Below are positions 23,056 through 36,304 of a stretch of 64,000 nucleotides of DNA, in pieces (the first letter of the stretch is position 1; every line of letters starts with the position of its first letter). The position numbers and the translations under genes were made by a program. The stretch is from NCBI RefSeq assembly GCF_006345805.1, contig NC_043006.1, positions 15,810,001-15,874,000 on the forward strand. The letters are read 5' to 3'. The notes beneath the pieces are model-generated. The model was not told the origin of the DNA and did no database searches. It saw only the letters and a list, made by a program, of their open reading frames with translations. The DNA comes from Octopus sinensis (lineage: Eukaryota).

Positions 23056-23869
23056 TGTGTGTTTCGCTTTGATTTTTAGCAAGCGTTATCTATACCTGTA
23101 TATATGTATATATATATATGTATAAGTACATATATTGTGTATGTGTGTGTATGTATGTGTGTGTGTTTGTGTGTGTGTGCATGTATGTATAGTGTCTAGT
23201 TAGAGATAAATTCAAGCTTTGTCATTTTGAAGTACATCTTTTTCCAATACTGCAAACTAGTATGTGGTTATTGTGATTATTGTATTGATGTGGGACATAC
23301 ATTAGAGTTGGAAATTCTGGGAACATTGTCATCAAAGCAGGAAGCTGCAAAATTATTTTGCTATTATTTATTCAGCGTTACATATTTCACTTTCTAATAG
23401 GTATCACAAAGTTGTATGTCTTAGATAAACCCGAAAGAAATTGTCTGTTAGAATTTCTTCAGACAGACAATCAAATAATTATACATATACAAACACACAC
23501 ATACACACACACACATACACATACATACATACATACATACATACATACATACATACATACATACATACATACATGACTGCATGTATGTATGTATGTATGT
23601 ATGTGTATGTGTGTGTGTGTATGTATGCATATATGTATGCATGTATGTATGTACAGCATTTAAACACCCCCTACTATCATTTTCATTCTCTGAAAACACA
23701 ATAAATATGACAATTCCTTTTTCTCACAGCATGAAAATGATGGTAGCAGCTTGTAGTATTTAATTAAATACTCTGTATATGAATTGATATTTATCTTTCA
23801 CCAGATGGAATCCCTTTATTTCTCTTGATCCTACAATAACAGAACAGTAAACTATGTAATATATATATA

Positions 23870-24262
23870 GGCGCAGGAGTGGCTGTGTGGTAAGCAGCTT
23901 GTTTACCAACCACATGGTTCCGGGTTCAGTCCCACTGCGTGGCACCTTGGGCAAGTGTCTTCTACTATAGCCTCGGGCCGAACAAAGCCTTGTGAGTGGA
24001 TTTGGTAGACGGAAACTGAAAGAAGCCCATCGTATATGTATGTGTGTGTGTTTGTGTGTCTGTGTTTGTCCCCCTAGCATTGCTTGACAACCGATGCTGG
24101 TGTGTTTATGTCCCCTTTACTTAGCGGTTCGGCAAAAAGAGACCGATAGAATAAGTACTGGGCTTACAAAGAATAAGTCCCGGGGTTGAGTTGCTCGATT
24201 AAAGGTGGTGCTCCAGCATGGCCGCAGTCAAATGACTGAAACAAATAAAAGAGTAAAAGAGT
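23870..24262 (+). mobile_element. SINE, family A
   Basis: Full-length match to the other family A copies. Confidence 0.92.
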
Positions 24263-24321
24263 ATATATATATATATAGATCAATAAATGGTGGGGTTGTG
24301 TTGACCGCACGTGGAGAAATG

Positions 24322-27300
24322 ATAAGTCAGGAAAATGTCTTTTAAAAATGCAGAATGCTCAAATGAAAGAAAATTTTAATAAATGAGAAATTGATAAATA
24401 TATAAATATATATTTATTCAACCGGTTTTCGTCATTGTATGACTTGTCAAGAATATTTATGTTTTAAAAGTTTTTTAAAAATTAGAAAGGGGAAAAAAAG
24501 AAAATTGCATTGTTTTTTGCAAAAGAATAATGATAAAAATGTACAAAAATTAAAAATAAGTACTCCGATACATTGTGAGTTCGTTGTGTATCTTGAGTTT
24601 TATGATTGTTCACGAAAAAGTTACCTTGATTATTAAGATCCAAAGGGATTAAGAGCATGTGTTGTGTGGTTTAATTCAGCATGTTGGCAGGACAAGAAGT
24701 AGTAGTAATTGTGGTTCTTCAGTTCCTGTGTTGTGAGTAAGGGGAGACAACTCTTTTGAGTTCTTCAATAAGGGCTGTTGGTAAAACCCAAATTATAAAA
24801 TTATCATTTTAGCTTCATTTGCGTTATCTTTTTTATATAATTGCTTGTTAACTTAACTTCAGATTTTAACACTTTATTTATATTATTTTCTAATTATATA
24901 AATCTGCATAGACAATTGCATTTCAAATTGTCATATCATTTATAATAAAAATGATAGTAATAACAACAATAGTAAAACTGATATTTAAAGAATATAAGTT
25001 TTAGCTTGAAGTGATGAATGCATGGTATCTTTATATTTGTGTTAGTCCATCCATGAAGAGTGAGGTAGAAAAGGGAAGTTTGATCAACGAGGAGTTTGCA
25101 TATTAGTTGTGTTTGGAATTTTTCAATAAAGAGATTCTCCTTGTTAATTCTCTGTGTGGTGATCCTGTCTTTACATGGTAGAAGGGGAATATATAGAATT
25201 TGGGGTTAAGTCTTTAGCACATGAGTCTAAGTGGTCACTCAGTGGAATTTGTCGGTATTCCGGAGATTTATTTGTTCTTTATGCACCGTTACTCGTTTAC
25301 GTAACGGGAGACTCGTTTGTCCAACATAATTATGTTGGCAACCAGCGCATGTGAGAACGTAGATAAGGTTCTCGGGGAACAGGAGAAGTTAGTCTTGATT
25401 TTAATCTTCGTACCTTGTTTGAAGGTAAATTCAGAGCCTTCAAGTAGAAAGGGGCAGGTACCACAGTTTGAGCGTGCACATTTTTTTACTGTTGGGGGTG
25501 GATGTGGTGTGTGGAGTTTGGCATTTGTCAAGAGTTTTTTAAAGATTTGTGTTGCCTTTTACATTTGAGGATTTTGTGTGTATTTATAATGTTTTTCGTT
25601 TTTGGTCTGTTGACAGTAGACTGAGGTTTGTATGATTGTGGTGTATGCTTCGATATTTTTGGGGTTGTGGGTGGAAATGTATGGAAGTATTTGAGGTTGT
25701 GTGTGGTGTTAGGTTGGGTGGTTTTCAGTATAGTGTTGTCTAGTTCTTTGGCGCGTTTATTCCATACTCTATAAGGGTGGAGGGAGATTGACATTGTAAT
25801 AGTGTTTTTTTGAGGTCTTGAAGGCGTATTTCTCGTGTTTTTTGGATCCGAGACAATGGTGCATACCCTTTTAGCTAAATTGAAAGGATATTTGTCTTGG
25901 TGTGTTTTGGGTGGCATGAACTAAAGAGGAGTATTGTTGTGAGTCTGTAGGTTTGTGGTAGATGTCTGTTATGATTTGGTTCTTAGGTGTTTTTATAATT
26001 AGGAGATCAAGGAATGGGAGATGATGTTTGCTTAATTCCATAGTGAATTGGAGTTGGGATGTATGTTGTTTAGTATGGTTTTGAATTCCAGGAGTTTTTC
26101 ATAGGTTCTTTCCATATGATGAAAAACAACATCTAAATACCTTTTCCAGTTTACCATTAGGTAGGTGTGGAAAAACATTCCAAAATTCGGCTTGATATTT
26201 CATAGAGTGACAGTTCGAAGTAACCCATTATGAGGTTCGCAAGGACTGGTGCAGCCTTGGTACCCATCGCAATACCACATTTTTGACGGTAGTGTGTGTC
26301 GTCGAAGAGAAAAAAATTGTTTGTCAGAATGAACTTGAGAGTAAACGAGTAACGGTGCATAAAGAACAAATAAATCTCCCGGAATACCGACAAATTCCAC
26401 TGAGTGACCACTTAGACTCATGTGCTAAAGACTTAAACCCCAACTTCTATATATTCCCCTTCTACCAATGTAAAGACAGGATCACCACACAGGAGAGAAT
26501 TAACAAGGAGAATCTCTTTATTGAAAAATTCCAAACACAAACTTAATATGCAAACTCCTCGTTGATCAAACTTCCTTTTTCTACCTCACTCTTCATGGAT
26601 GGACTAACACAAATATATAAAGATACCATGCATTCTCACTTCAAGCTAAAACTTATATTCTTTAAATATCAGTTTTACTATTGTTGTTATTACTATCATT
26701 TTTATTATAAATGATATGACAATTTGAAATGCAATTGTCTATGCAGATTTATATAATTAGAAAATAATATAAATTAAAGTTAAAATCTGAAGTTAAGTTA
26801 ACAAGCAATTATATAAAAAAGATAACGCAAATGAAGCTAAAATGATAATTTTATAATTTGGGTTTACCAACAGGCCCTTATTGAAGAACTCAAAAGAGTT
26901 GTCTCCCCTTACTCACAACACAGGAACTGAAGAACCACAATTACTACTACTTCTTGTCCTGCCAACATGCTGAATAAAACCACAACACATGCTCTTAATC
27001 CCTTTGGATCTTAATACCTCAAGGTAACTTTTTCGTGAACAATCATAAAACTCAAGATACACAACGAACTCACAATGTATCGGAGTACTTATTTTTTAAT
27101 TTTTGTACATTTTTATCATTATTCTTTTGCAAAAAACAATGCAATTTTCTTTTTTTTCCCCTTTCTAATTTTTAAAAAAACTTTTTAAAACATAAATATT
27201 CTTGACCAAGTCATACAATGACGAAAACCGGTTGAATAAATATATATTTATATTTATCAATTTCTCATTTTATTAAAATTTTCTTTCATTTGAGCATTCT

Positions 27301-27325
27301 GCATTTTTAAAAAAAATTTTCCTGA

Positions 27326-27330
<5 letters not shown>
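24322..27330 (-). mobile_element. 5'-truncated Penelope-like retroelement (Neptune-like) with ~980-bp inverted repeat
   Basis: Minus strand: RT motifs YRQKCGIAMGTKAAPVLANL, WKRYLD, FLDLLI, DIYHKPTD; Cys linker CARSNCGTC; GIY-YIG-type LIYVLTC..YVGQT..R..H..E. Arms 24322-25300 and 26341-27330 are reverse complements; (TA)n lies on both sides. Confidence 0.92.
24415..24455 (-). ncRNA. Hammerhead-like motif with U3-A8 core variant in the PLE 3' region
   Basis: Minus strand: TATTC-TTGACAA-GTCAT(ACA)ATGAC-GAAAA-CCGG-TT-GAATA, with one extra A in the GAAA box. Mirrored at 27197-27238 (+) with an extra C in the core. Confidence 0.6.
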
Positions 27331-27376
<46 letters not shown>

Positions 27377-28254
27377 TATAAAATAAATATTAGGGAAATC
27401 CAAATTTACAGGGAAAAATCAGATTTAGGATTGAATCCAATTTATAGTAAAATTTATATTATATTAAATTGGAGACAAATTGGTTTTGTCTCTAATTTTA
27501 TATAATATATATATATATATATATGTATATCACAAATAATATATATCTCTTGTCAGCAGGACTCCATGTGACCAACTTTTGCAGTGCTAAAACTAATAAT
27601 ATAGCTATGTCTATATTTGTTTTTAAATATATAAACTATACAGTGTTTAGTGGAATTACAGAACTTGTAATTCATCATCTGTGTTGAGTCACAAGTTGCG
27701 AAAAGGGTTAAATAATACCTATTAGAGTCCAGGTACATGACCAAAAGTAAATGGGACGGATAACGTTAAAAGACAGGTATGGTGGAGAAGCAGCATTTAA
27801 ATATTTCAATTGTAATGCTACGTGTTCTCAGCTAAGTTTTCTTACGTGTTGCCGTATTCAGTGCCGAGTCAGTTATTCTGTCTGCAACAAGTTGATAACA
27901 ATTACAAATTCAAAAGCCATTTGCTTGATGTTCAATTAGTAGTTATCTTTGAACTTCATCTCTGATGAATCAGAATGATTTAGATTACTATTCATAAAGT
28001 GACTTTACAATTAATTTTCTATTTAGTTACATGAAGCACATTTTCTTGCAAACGAACTTGGTGTACCTTACTTAAATGTCTGTCAGTGTAGATAATTATC
28101 TCGGTTGTTGATATTTTCCTACAAGTGCAACGTCATGACTAATTACAGATATTGTGTATCTAAATATTTCAATTGTTTGTCTATAATCGGCATTTACAGT
28201 CTTACAGTACAGAACTAATGCAATATTGTACTTTTCAGCTTGATTAAGATGTGG

Positions 28255-28950
28255 CCATCTCTCTACCCGCTCAGTCGAAGTCGACTCTCGGTTACTCGAT
28301 GGATCAGTGTCCTCCAGCCAGTTCTATCCCGGGTCGCTTCTTTCAGATTGGCTATGGCCATTCCCGTGTCACTCTTGATGGTGTCAAGCCACCGGTTTCT
28401 TGATCTGCCTCTTCCTCTCTTACCACTGACCATTCCGAGCATGATGTCCTTCTCCAGGGATTTTCTCCGCATAATATGACCAAAATATGCCAATCTATGC
28501 TTGGTGATCCTAGCTTCTAGCGACAGTTTCGGCTTGATCTGGTTAAGAACTTCTCCATTGATGAGCCTCGCTGTCCATGGAATCCGTAAAAGTCTTCTCC
28601 AACACCAAAGCTCGAATGCATTAATTCTCTTCTGGTCAGCTTTCTTTAGTGTCCAGGTCTCACATCCATATGTTGCTATTGGGAAGACGATCGCATTCAC
28701 CAATCTGCATTTGGTAGCGAGTCTGATGTCTCTACTCTTCTAGACCCTGCTAATGCTGACCATTGCCTCTCTGTCTAGTACTATCCACCGCCTTATTTCT
28801 GGAGTGCAGTTACCATCTCGATTTATTTTGGAGCCAAGGAAGATGAAATCATCAACCACTTCGATTTCTTCATTATCGATCTTGATGCTGATATTTGTTG
28901 TGGCTGTCTGTTGACATGATCTTCGTTTTCTTGACATTGAGGTACAGCCC
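28255..28950 (-). mobile_element. RTE-clade (BovB-like) LINE, 5'-truncated
   Basis: IEVVDDFIFLGS; VFPIATYGCETWT..AFELWCWRRLLRIPWT..YFGHIMR..GKRGRGR..RWLD. Confidence 0.92.
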
Positions 28951-29699
28951 AAAATGTGATCATAGTGTTACTTAAAAGAACAATTGCGGCTGTCCTTTCC
29001 TTGGTGGTTGGTTTCCTTCATGGTTCCTAATTCTTTGTTTAGATTGCTTCGAATTGGCGATTGGAGATCCCTGAAATCAATTGGTCGAGAAAGGAAAAAT
29101 TTTCCTGATTTCAAAAGATATGTAGATTTAACTGCAGTAATTTGCTAAACTTTCTGTAACTCCAGTATTTTGCTAAAACTTTCAGATTATACTTTTGATG
29201 GAGAGAATATGCAATTATCTGTAAATAACGCTGTAGCGACTTCCCCACTAGCATTCCTTACATCTTTCTAGAAAATGTCGTCGGTCGAACAATTAACCAA
29301 TTAGACAGTAGACATGCCAAGATTCAAATTCTTCCTACCAGCATGAAATACGATGTTTTTACAATTAATGCTAAAATGCACTGGAGGAAGAAGATGTCGT
29401 TCCGACGCCGTGTGGGAGCACGTAGATTCGCGCTTTTGCCTTTCTGTACGCGCACTTGTGATTATATGTGTGCAAGTAAGTAAAAATGCTATAGGTATAT
29501 ATAATTTAGAAAGATCCCTCGGGATTTGTTTTCGACGTGCCCAGTTGGCACATGATATACATTTGTCTCGTAATTGTCTACATTAGCTATCGACAGGAAA
29601 TGTAGAATTTAATCCTAAGAATATGTCTACACTACTTCAATCTAATGATGTAATTATTCTGTTTACATTTATCTTATAAAACATCTCCCACTTATCCTA

Positions 29700-29876
29700 C
29701 TTTCATTAACTACTTCTCTGTCTTTCCTGTTGTCTCTTTGTCTGCCTCTCTGTCTGCCTCTCTCTCCCTCATCCCTCTCTCTCCCTCTCTCTCCCTCATC
29801 CCTCTCTCTCTATCTATCTAGCTATAGTCTTTCTATCTATCTATCTATCTATCTATCTGTCTATCTATCTATCCAT

Positions 29877-29936
<60 letters not shown>

Positions 29937-30842
29937 AGATATATCTATCTATCTATCTGTCTGTCTGTCTGTCACTCGACCCTTCTTTACCATCTGGTTA
30001 TGTTCTATCTCCTTCTTTTTCATTTTGCCTTTCTCCGTCTATTTATTTATCGCAATCTCTTCTTTCTTCTTCTTCTTCACCTCCTTCTTCTCATTCTTCT
30101 CTCCTGTCTCCTCTACTTCTCTTCTCCTTCTTCTTCTTTTCTTCTTCTCTTCTATTCTTTATTCTTCTTTTCTCCTTCGTCTTCCTTCTTCTTCTTCTTC
30201 TACGTCTTCTTCTCCTTCTTCTCTTTTCTCTTTTTCTTATCTTCTTATTCTTCTTATTCTTCTTCTTTCTATTATATTATTATATTATTATTACCTTCTT
30301 TTTCTTCTCCTTCTCTTATTCTTCTTCTTCTTCTTATTATTATTATATTATTATTATTATTAGGTGTAGTAGTAGTAGTAGTAGTAGGAGTAGTAGTAGT
30401 TAGTATTACAGATTATGATTATCACTTCTTCTTCTCCTCCTCCTCCTCCTTCTTCTTCTTCTTCTTCCGTTCCTTTTCTCGATTCTTCTCTCTCACCTAG
30501 AGGATTCTCTCTCTCTCCTTATTCATCTCTTTTACTTCCATCATTCTTTCCATTTCCTCCCTCTCTCTCCTCATTTCTCTTTTTTCACTTTCCTTTCTCA
30601 CTATTTGTCCGACATAGTCTCTCCCCTTTCTCTCTCACTTTCTCTTCTTCTATATCTCCTCTCTCTTTCAATATCTCTCTTTCACTATCTCTATCGCACT
30701 TTCTCTTTTTCTGTCTTTCTCCACTCTTTCTTTCTCATTATCTCTTCATCTATCTCTTTCTTTCCTCTTTCTCACCCCCTCCTTCTGAATCTCTCTCCTT
30801 TTTCTAACATTAATTCTCTTTCTGACGCTTTTCTCTCTAGCT

Positions 30843-30887
<45 letters not shown>

Positions 30888-30900
30888 ATACACACACACT
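29700..30900. repeat. Pyrimidine-rich low-complexity tract ((CT)n, (CTAT)n, (CTT)n, (TAT)n, (GTA)n)
   Basis: Directly visible; generates the long Leu/Ser/Phe ORFs. Confidence 0.9.
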
Positions 30901-30929
30901 ACCTCTCATCTGTCTGTCTCTCTCTCTCT

Positions 30930-31786
30930 CTCATTACTCTCTCTCTCTCTCATTATCTCTCCGTCTGTCTCTTTCTTTTCTCACTACCTCTTGTCTGTCA
31001 CACTCTTCTTTCTCTCTCACTATCTATCCTATTACTCTCTCATTTCTCTCTTACTACCTCTTCTGTTTCTCTACCTTTCTCTCACACTATCTCTTCTTAT
31101 TAATTCTCTCTCTCTCTCTCTCATTATCTCTCCGTCGTCTCTCTCCTTCTCTCCACTACCTCTTGTCTGTCACACTCCTCTTTCTCTCTCACTATCTATC
31201 CTATTACCTCTCCTTTTCTCTCTTACTACCTCTTCCGTTCTCTACCTTTCTCTCACACTATCTCTCTCATACTATCTCTCTCTCTCTCTCTCTCATTATC
31301 TCTCCGTCTGTCTCTCTCCCTTCTCTCACTACCTCTTGTCTGTCACACTCTTCTTTCTCTCTCACTATCTATCCTATTACTCTCTCCTTTCTCTCTTACT
31401 ACCTCTTCTGTTTCTCTACCTTTCTCTCACACTATCTCTTCTTCATTACTCTCTCTCTCTCTCTCTCTCTCATTATCTCTCCGTCTGTCTCTCTCCCTTC
31501 TCTCACTACCTCTTGTCTGTCACACTCTTCTTTCTCTCTCACTATCTATCCTATTACTCTCTCCTTTCTCTCTTACTACCTCTTCTGTTTCTCTACCTTT
31601 CTCTCACACTATCTCTTCTTCATTACTCTCTCTCTCTCTCTCTCATTATCTCTCCGTCTGTCTCTCTCCCTTCTCTCACTACCTCTTGTCTGTCACACTC
31701 TTCTTTCTCTCTCACTATGTATCCTATTACTCTTTCTCTCTTACTACCTCTTCTGTTTCTCTACCTTTCTCTCACGCTATCTCTTC

Positions 31787-31817
<31 letters not shown>

Positions 31818-31830
31818 TCACTCTCTCTCT
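30930..31830. repeat. CT-rich minisatellite, ~173-bp unit x5
   Basis: CATTATCTCTCCGTC recurs at ~30951, 31122, 31294, 31471 and 31644. Confidence 0.9.
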
Positions 31831-32381
31831 CTCACTTTCTCGCTCACTGGTCATTTTTCTTTATATTTGTTAACTCATGTCTATCCTTACATTTTATTTA
31901 AAAACATTATTTGTTCCTTTATTTACTATCAATCAAATAGATTTACATCATTTACGTAAAACTTTACGCGTTTCTTTCTCCCTCTTTATACTGCTATTAC
32001 ATTTAAGCGCCGATTATTTAAAGATTTCATGGAATTAATGCTGTAATTTTTTTTTTTGGTTTAATATAGTAGACTACAGCTTAATATAATCAAATAAGGA
32101 ATAATTTCCTAATAAAAAGAAGACAGATTCTGTTACAAAGACTATCACACAAAAAGGTAAAAAAACAAAAATCAAACGCGAAATGATTGTATTTATTCTC
32201 CACCCAATCAATTTTAGTTAATTTTAATTTACTAAATTACTTGAAACCTGAATGTTTCCTAAACTGATTAGAAATATACTTTTTATGTTACTAATTAAAC
32301 GTTACGAACGAGAATTTTAATGATCAGATTAAATATAGTTTGCCTGTGTGCGTGTACGCGTGCATGTGTGTGTATATGTGT

Positions 32382-32424
<43 letters not shown>

Positions 32425-34475
32425 GGTTGGTTGGATTACGGAAGTCAACCAGTCTTGGTTTTGGTAATAAATCAAAGAATGTTGTCTTTATATCTTTTTC
32501 TCTTGTATTCTAGACATTTCTCCTGGCTTTTTTTTTATTATTATTTATACTTATTTTAATCTACTGTGTGCTTTCTACATCAGTGGACATTTTAAATAGA
32601 ATTTATAGGCTTTAGATGATTCTGTAAGTTCATTTTCGCTTTCTTCGCAGCAAATAAAATATTTCCTTTTGTTGCAAACGAGCTGAGGATGGCACAAGAA
32701 CTGTGAACGTAAGTGAAAGTTGAAATTGAAGCATTTTAAATTTCTATCGTATCCATACCTGAAGACTAAAGAGCAATATAAACGAAATGTAGTAATATTA
32801 TGCTTTTTCCAATAAAGTTTGTAGTTTCAATTTAAGTTTGTTACGAACTTATTTTACTCTACATTGAATTTAAATTTAAAATAGGGATAGCGAAGAATAA
32901 TTAGGGTAACTGATGAAACGTTTTATCTTATTTGAAGAATATTTTAATGAAAAACAAATAATTGGTTACATGTGATTAGCTAAGATGAAAGTTTGCAAAC
33001 GTTTTCACCTCAAGTGATATTGCTATACAGAATCGTCTTAAATTAATTTGTTGTTAGTTGAAAATACAGAAAATACAATGATTCAAGCTAAAACAATGCT
33101 ATTCTATATTCAACTTCATTTAAATAGCGTAAGAATGGTTGTTTTTTAGTCCCTCAAGCTACAGCTTAGTGACAAATGTATTGTGTTTTCGGTAAATACA
33201 TAAGAGAAATGTTATTTTAAATTGTGTTCATTGTTTTTTATATTCCGATGTTTAGCGGGTTAGGATGAATGTACAACGAAGATATTTTATGCTATAACGG
33301 TATTTCCCTCGCAACTGTCTGAGTTTAAACTTGCTAGCTAACAAAACATTCTCCAATTTAATAACCTCATTTCTTTATTGTAGTGAATTACACCTCAGCA
33401 CAATAGGTGCTTACAGGTAAGCTGCAGCGGCATGGAAGAGTTCTTTGCGGTACACTCACCGATACATACATATATATAGATAGATATATAAATAGATAAA
33501 TATATAGATAGATAGATAAATAGATAGATATAGATATAGATATAGATGTAGATATTATGTGTGTGTAAGTGTGTCTGTATGTGTGTTTATGTATGTATGA
33601 GCATATATACATTCACACACACACACACGACACATATGTACTGTATATATAATATATATGCAATATATATATATCATATATATACATATGAATACATAGG
33701 GATATGTATGTATACATACATAGGTATATGCATGCATGTATGTATGTGATTGTGCGAGCGTTTTTATATACGTATGTATGCCTGTGTGTATGTATGTATA
33801 TATGTATGTACGTGTATATAGAAACATATAGTTGGCATGCAAATCAGCGCTGTGGAGTCTCTGTAGACTTTCAAACGTAGATCTTTACATCACAGTTGAA
33901 AGACCAATGAGATGTTTTATCTTTTAACTAAATGCATTAACAGAGAGTAATAGGTGTTTCTCAGTTCCTTAATTGTCACATTTCAAAGACATTTGCAAGT
34001 GAAGTTTCTGATGATCTGTCGTTATCTTATTCCCTAAACCAGCGTTTTTACATATCTTAGATTAGAGAGAGCGTTAATGATGGAAGTATCTGTGAGTTAC
34101 TTAAAATGCTCGTGATGGTAATCAAGGCTTAAACGTATTCCTTTTGTATTATTTCTGAAGGTATTAACGTCACAGCTTCTTATTTCTTTGCTCTTTATAA
34201 TCTACGTTGGCGTATGCATGTAACGAAGAATTACATGTTTAAATAATCTATTTGTAATTAGTAGTGTTTCTAAAGGGCAGCTGAAGCTGGAATCCTATGA
34301 TACTGACTACAGGTAACCAACAACTCATAAAACTTCATTATACAAGCTCTTATACACACACACGTCCTCCCATACACACACAAATACATATATATATATA
34401 TATATATATAAATGTATCTGCTATATATGCTCGTATAATGGAGTTTTATGGGTTGGTAGTAACATGAAGTCAGTT

Positions 34476-34508
<33 letters not shown>

Positions 34509-35246
34509 ATGTATATACACGTGTATATATCTATCTATCTATCTATATACTTAATCATATCGAAGGGAAATTGAAATTAATAGAAATGTTCACTTCCAGT
34601 AGCCTAGCGTGTAAAAATTTAGTCCAAAGACTATGTATTACTCATAAAATACAGTGTACATTTATACATGTAAGAAGAATCCACTCATGCGATTCATCAC
34701 GCTAGAAAGAACAGCTAGGTTCTAAAACCACAAAATTAGGGATAGAATTCTGAAAGGAACGAAATGAAAAATAAAAACTTTTACCATCTAGTTTCCTGGA
34801 CCAATTGGTTCCTGAACCTAGCTATTTTTAGAACCTAGCTGTTAGAACCTAGCTGTTCTAAAAATATTGGGTTTCTTTTGACTTGCTACAAATGTTCTTT
34901 CTTGCAAAGTAAGCCTTAAAATTACTTACTGTGCTGTCAATATTTTTCAAGAAAAATATATAAACGAAGCTGGCAGAATATACGAGGAAACATATGTCGA
35001 GAGACAATAAAGGTAGTCTCGATTCGCGAGTAACATTTAGCCACCTATCTATGGAGCTTGCTGTTGCTACTGTAGGTATTGATTAATATGAGAGGAAATC
35101 AGATATGCTGAGATGTAGTTCAATTATAGTATTGAACAAATTCTTTGTTAGTAACAAATAAATTTACCAATTTAACGATTTCACATAGTGCAATTTCCTC
35201 CTGAAACAATCTGAACTTGTTCACACTAGAACCTGTCATGCAGTAC

Positions 35247-35295
<49 letters not shown>

Positions 35296-35328
35296 TGTCT
35301 GTGTGTCTGTGTGTGTCTGTGTCTGTGC

Positions 35329-35368
<40 letters not shown>

Positions 35369-35599
35369 ATACAAAGGAATAAACACGCCCCAGGAGTCTA
35401 TCGTGTATGCAATACAACTTATATATCACACGCAACGTTAATTATCCTGCTGCAGTATATGTGTTACGAAATAGACTTAATTAAAAGTTATAGCACTTAT
35501 GCTTAATAACTGTTAAAGATATATCAATGTGCACAAATAAAGGTTGTTGCATTTACACATCATAATTGCTATTACTAATTACAATCACAACATCAGTAC

Positions 35600-36245
35600 T
35601 AATAATAATTCTTTCTATTAAAGGTACAAGGCCTGCAATTTTGGGGGAGAGGTGAGTCGATTCCAGTACTTGACTGGGACTTATTTTATCAACCCCTAAA
35701 GGATCAAAGGCATAGTTGATCTTGGCGATATTTGAGCTCAAGATATAAAAGGCTGGAACAAATGCCACAAAGCATTTTGTCAAGGCTCTAAAGATTCTTG
35801 CAGACTGTCGCCCAAATGATTTCTGATTTAGTCTCAAGGAGAATAAATTTGAGGTGGCTGGTTTAGTCGAGACCAATATCTTAGAAATAGAATACTACTT
35901 TATTTTATCAATGCGAAATAATGCAAAGCTGATTTTGGGTGTGTTTCAATTCAGAGTGTAAAGAGCCGAAATAAATATTGCAAAGTAATTTGTCTGACAC
36001 TTTAATGTTTCTGGGAATCCACCACCCAGATAATAATGGTTCGAAATTTTAGTACAGGACTAGCAGGTTTTTGATGGGTCTAGTTGATTACATCTATTCC
36101 CTTACTTGGCTGGTACATATTTTATGGCCCCCCACAACCACCACCACCACCACTAAAGTATGAAAGACAAAGTTGGCCTCGGAGGAATTCGAACTGAGAA
36201 CATAAAAAGAGTTAAGGGTGCCAACGATTCTACCAGCTCACCACC
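35600..36245 (-). mobile_element. Three adjacent diverged family D SINE copies
   Basis: The reverse-complement block ACTTATTTTATC..GAAAG.CAAAGT.G.CCT.GG.GGAATT.GAACT recurs with variation at ~35680, ~35895 and ~36160. Confidence 0.6.
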
Positions 36246-36247
36246 TA

Positions 36248-36302
<55 letters not shown>

Positions 36303-36304
<2 letters not shown>

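Noticed and set aside
30930-31830. CRISPR-like array
   Set aside because: Whole units are repeated with no unique spacers; eukaryotic context with no cas genes.
29730-31959. Long ORFs of 256, 422 and 322 aa
   Set aside because: Stop-poor frames produced by CT-rich simple repeats and the minisatellite; Leu/Ser/Phe low complexity.
32584-32708. Two exon-like segments with strong AG/GTAAGT signals
   Set aside because: Stops in all three frames for 32651-32708 and in the plausible frames for 32584-32623; only non-coding or terminal use is possible, and nothing supports that.
32755-32925. Further CTGANGA..GAAA hits (32759, 32910; also ~1030, 27962, 39800, 47210)
   Set aside because: Missing a core box, stem II or stem I; too degenerate to call.
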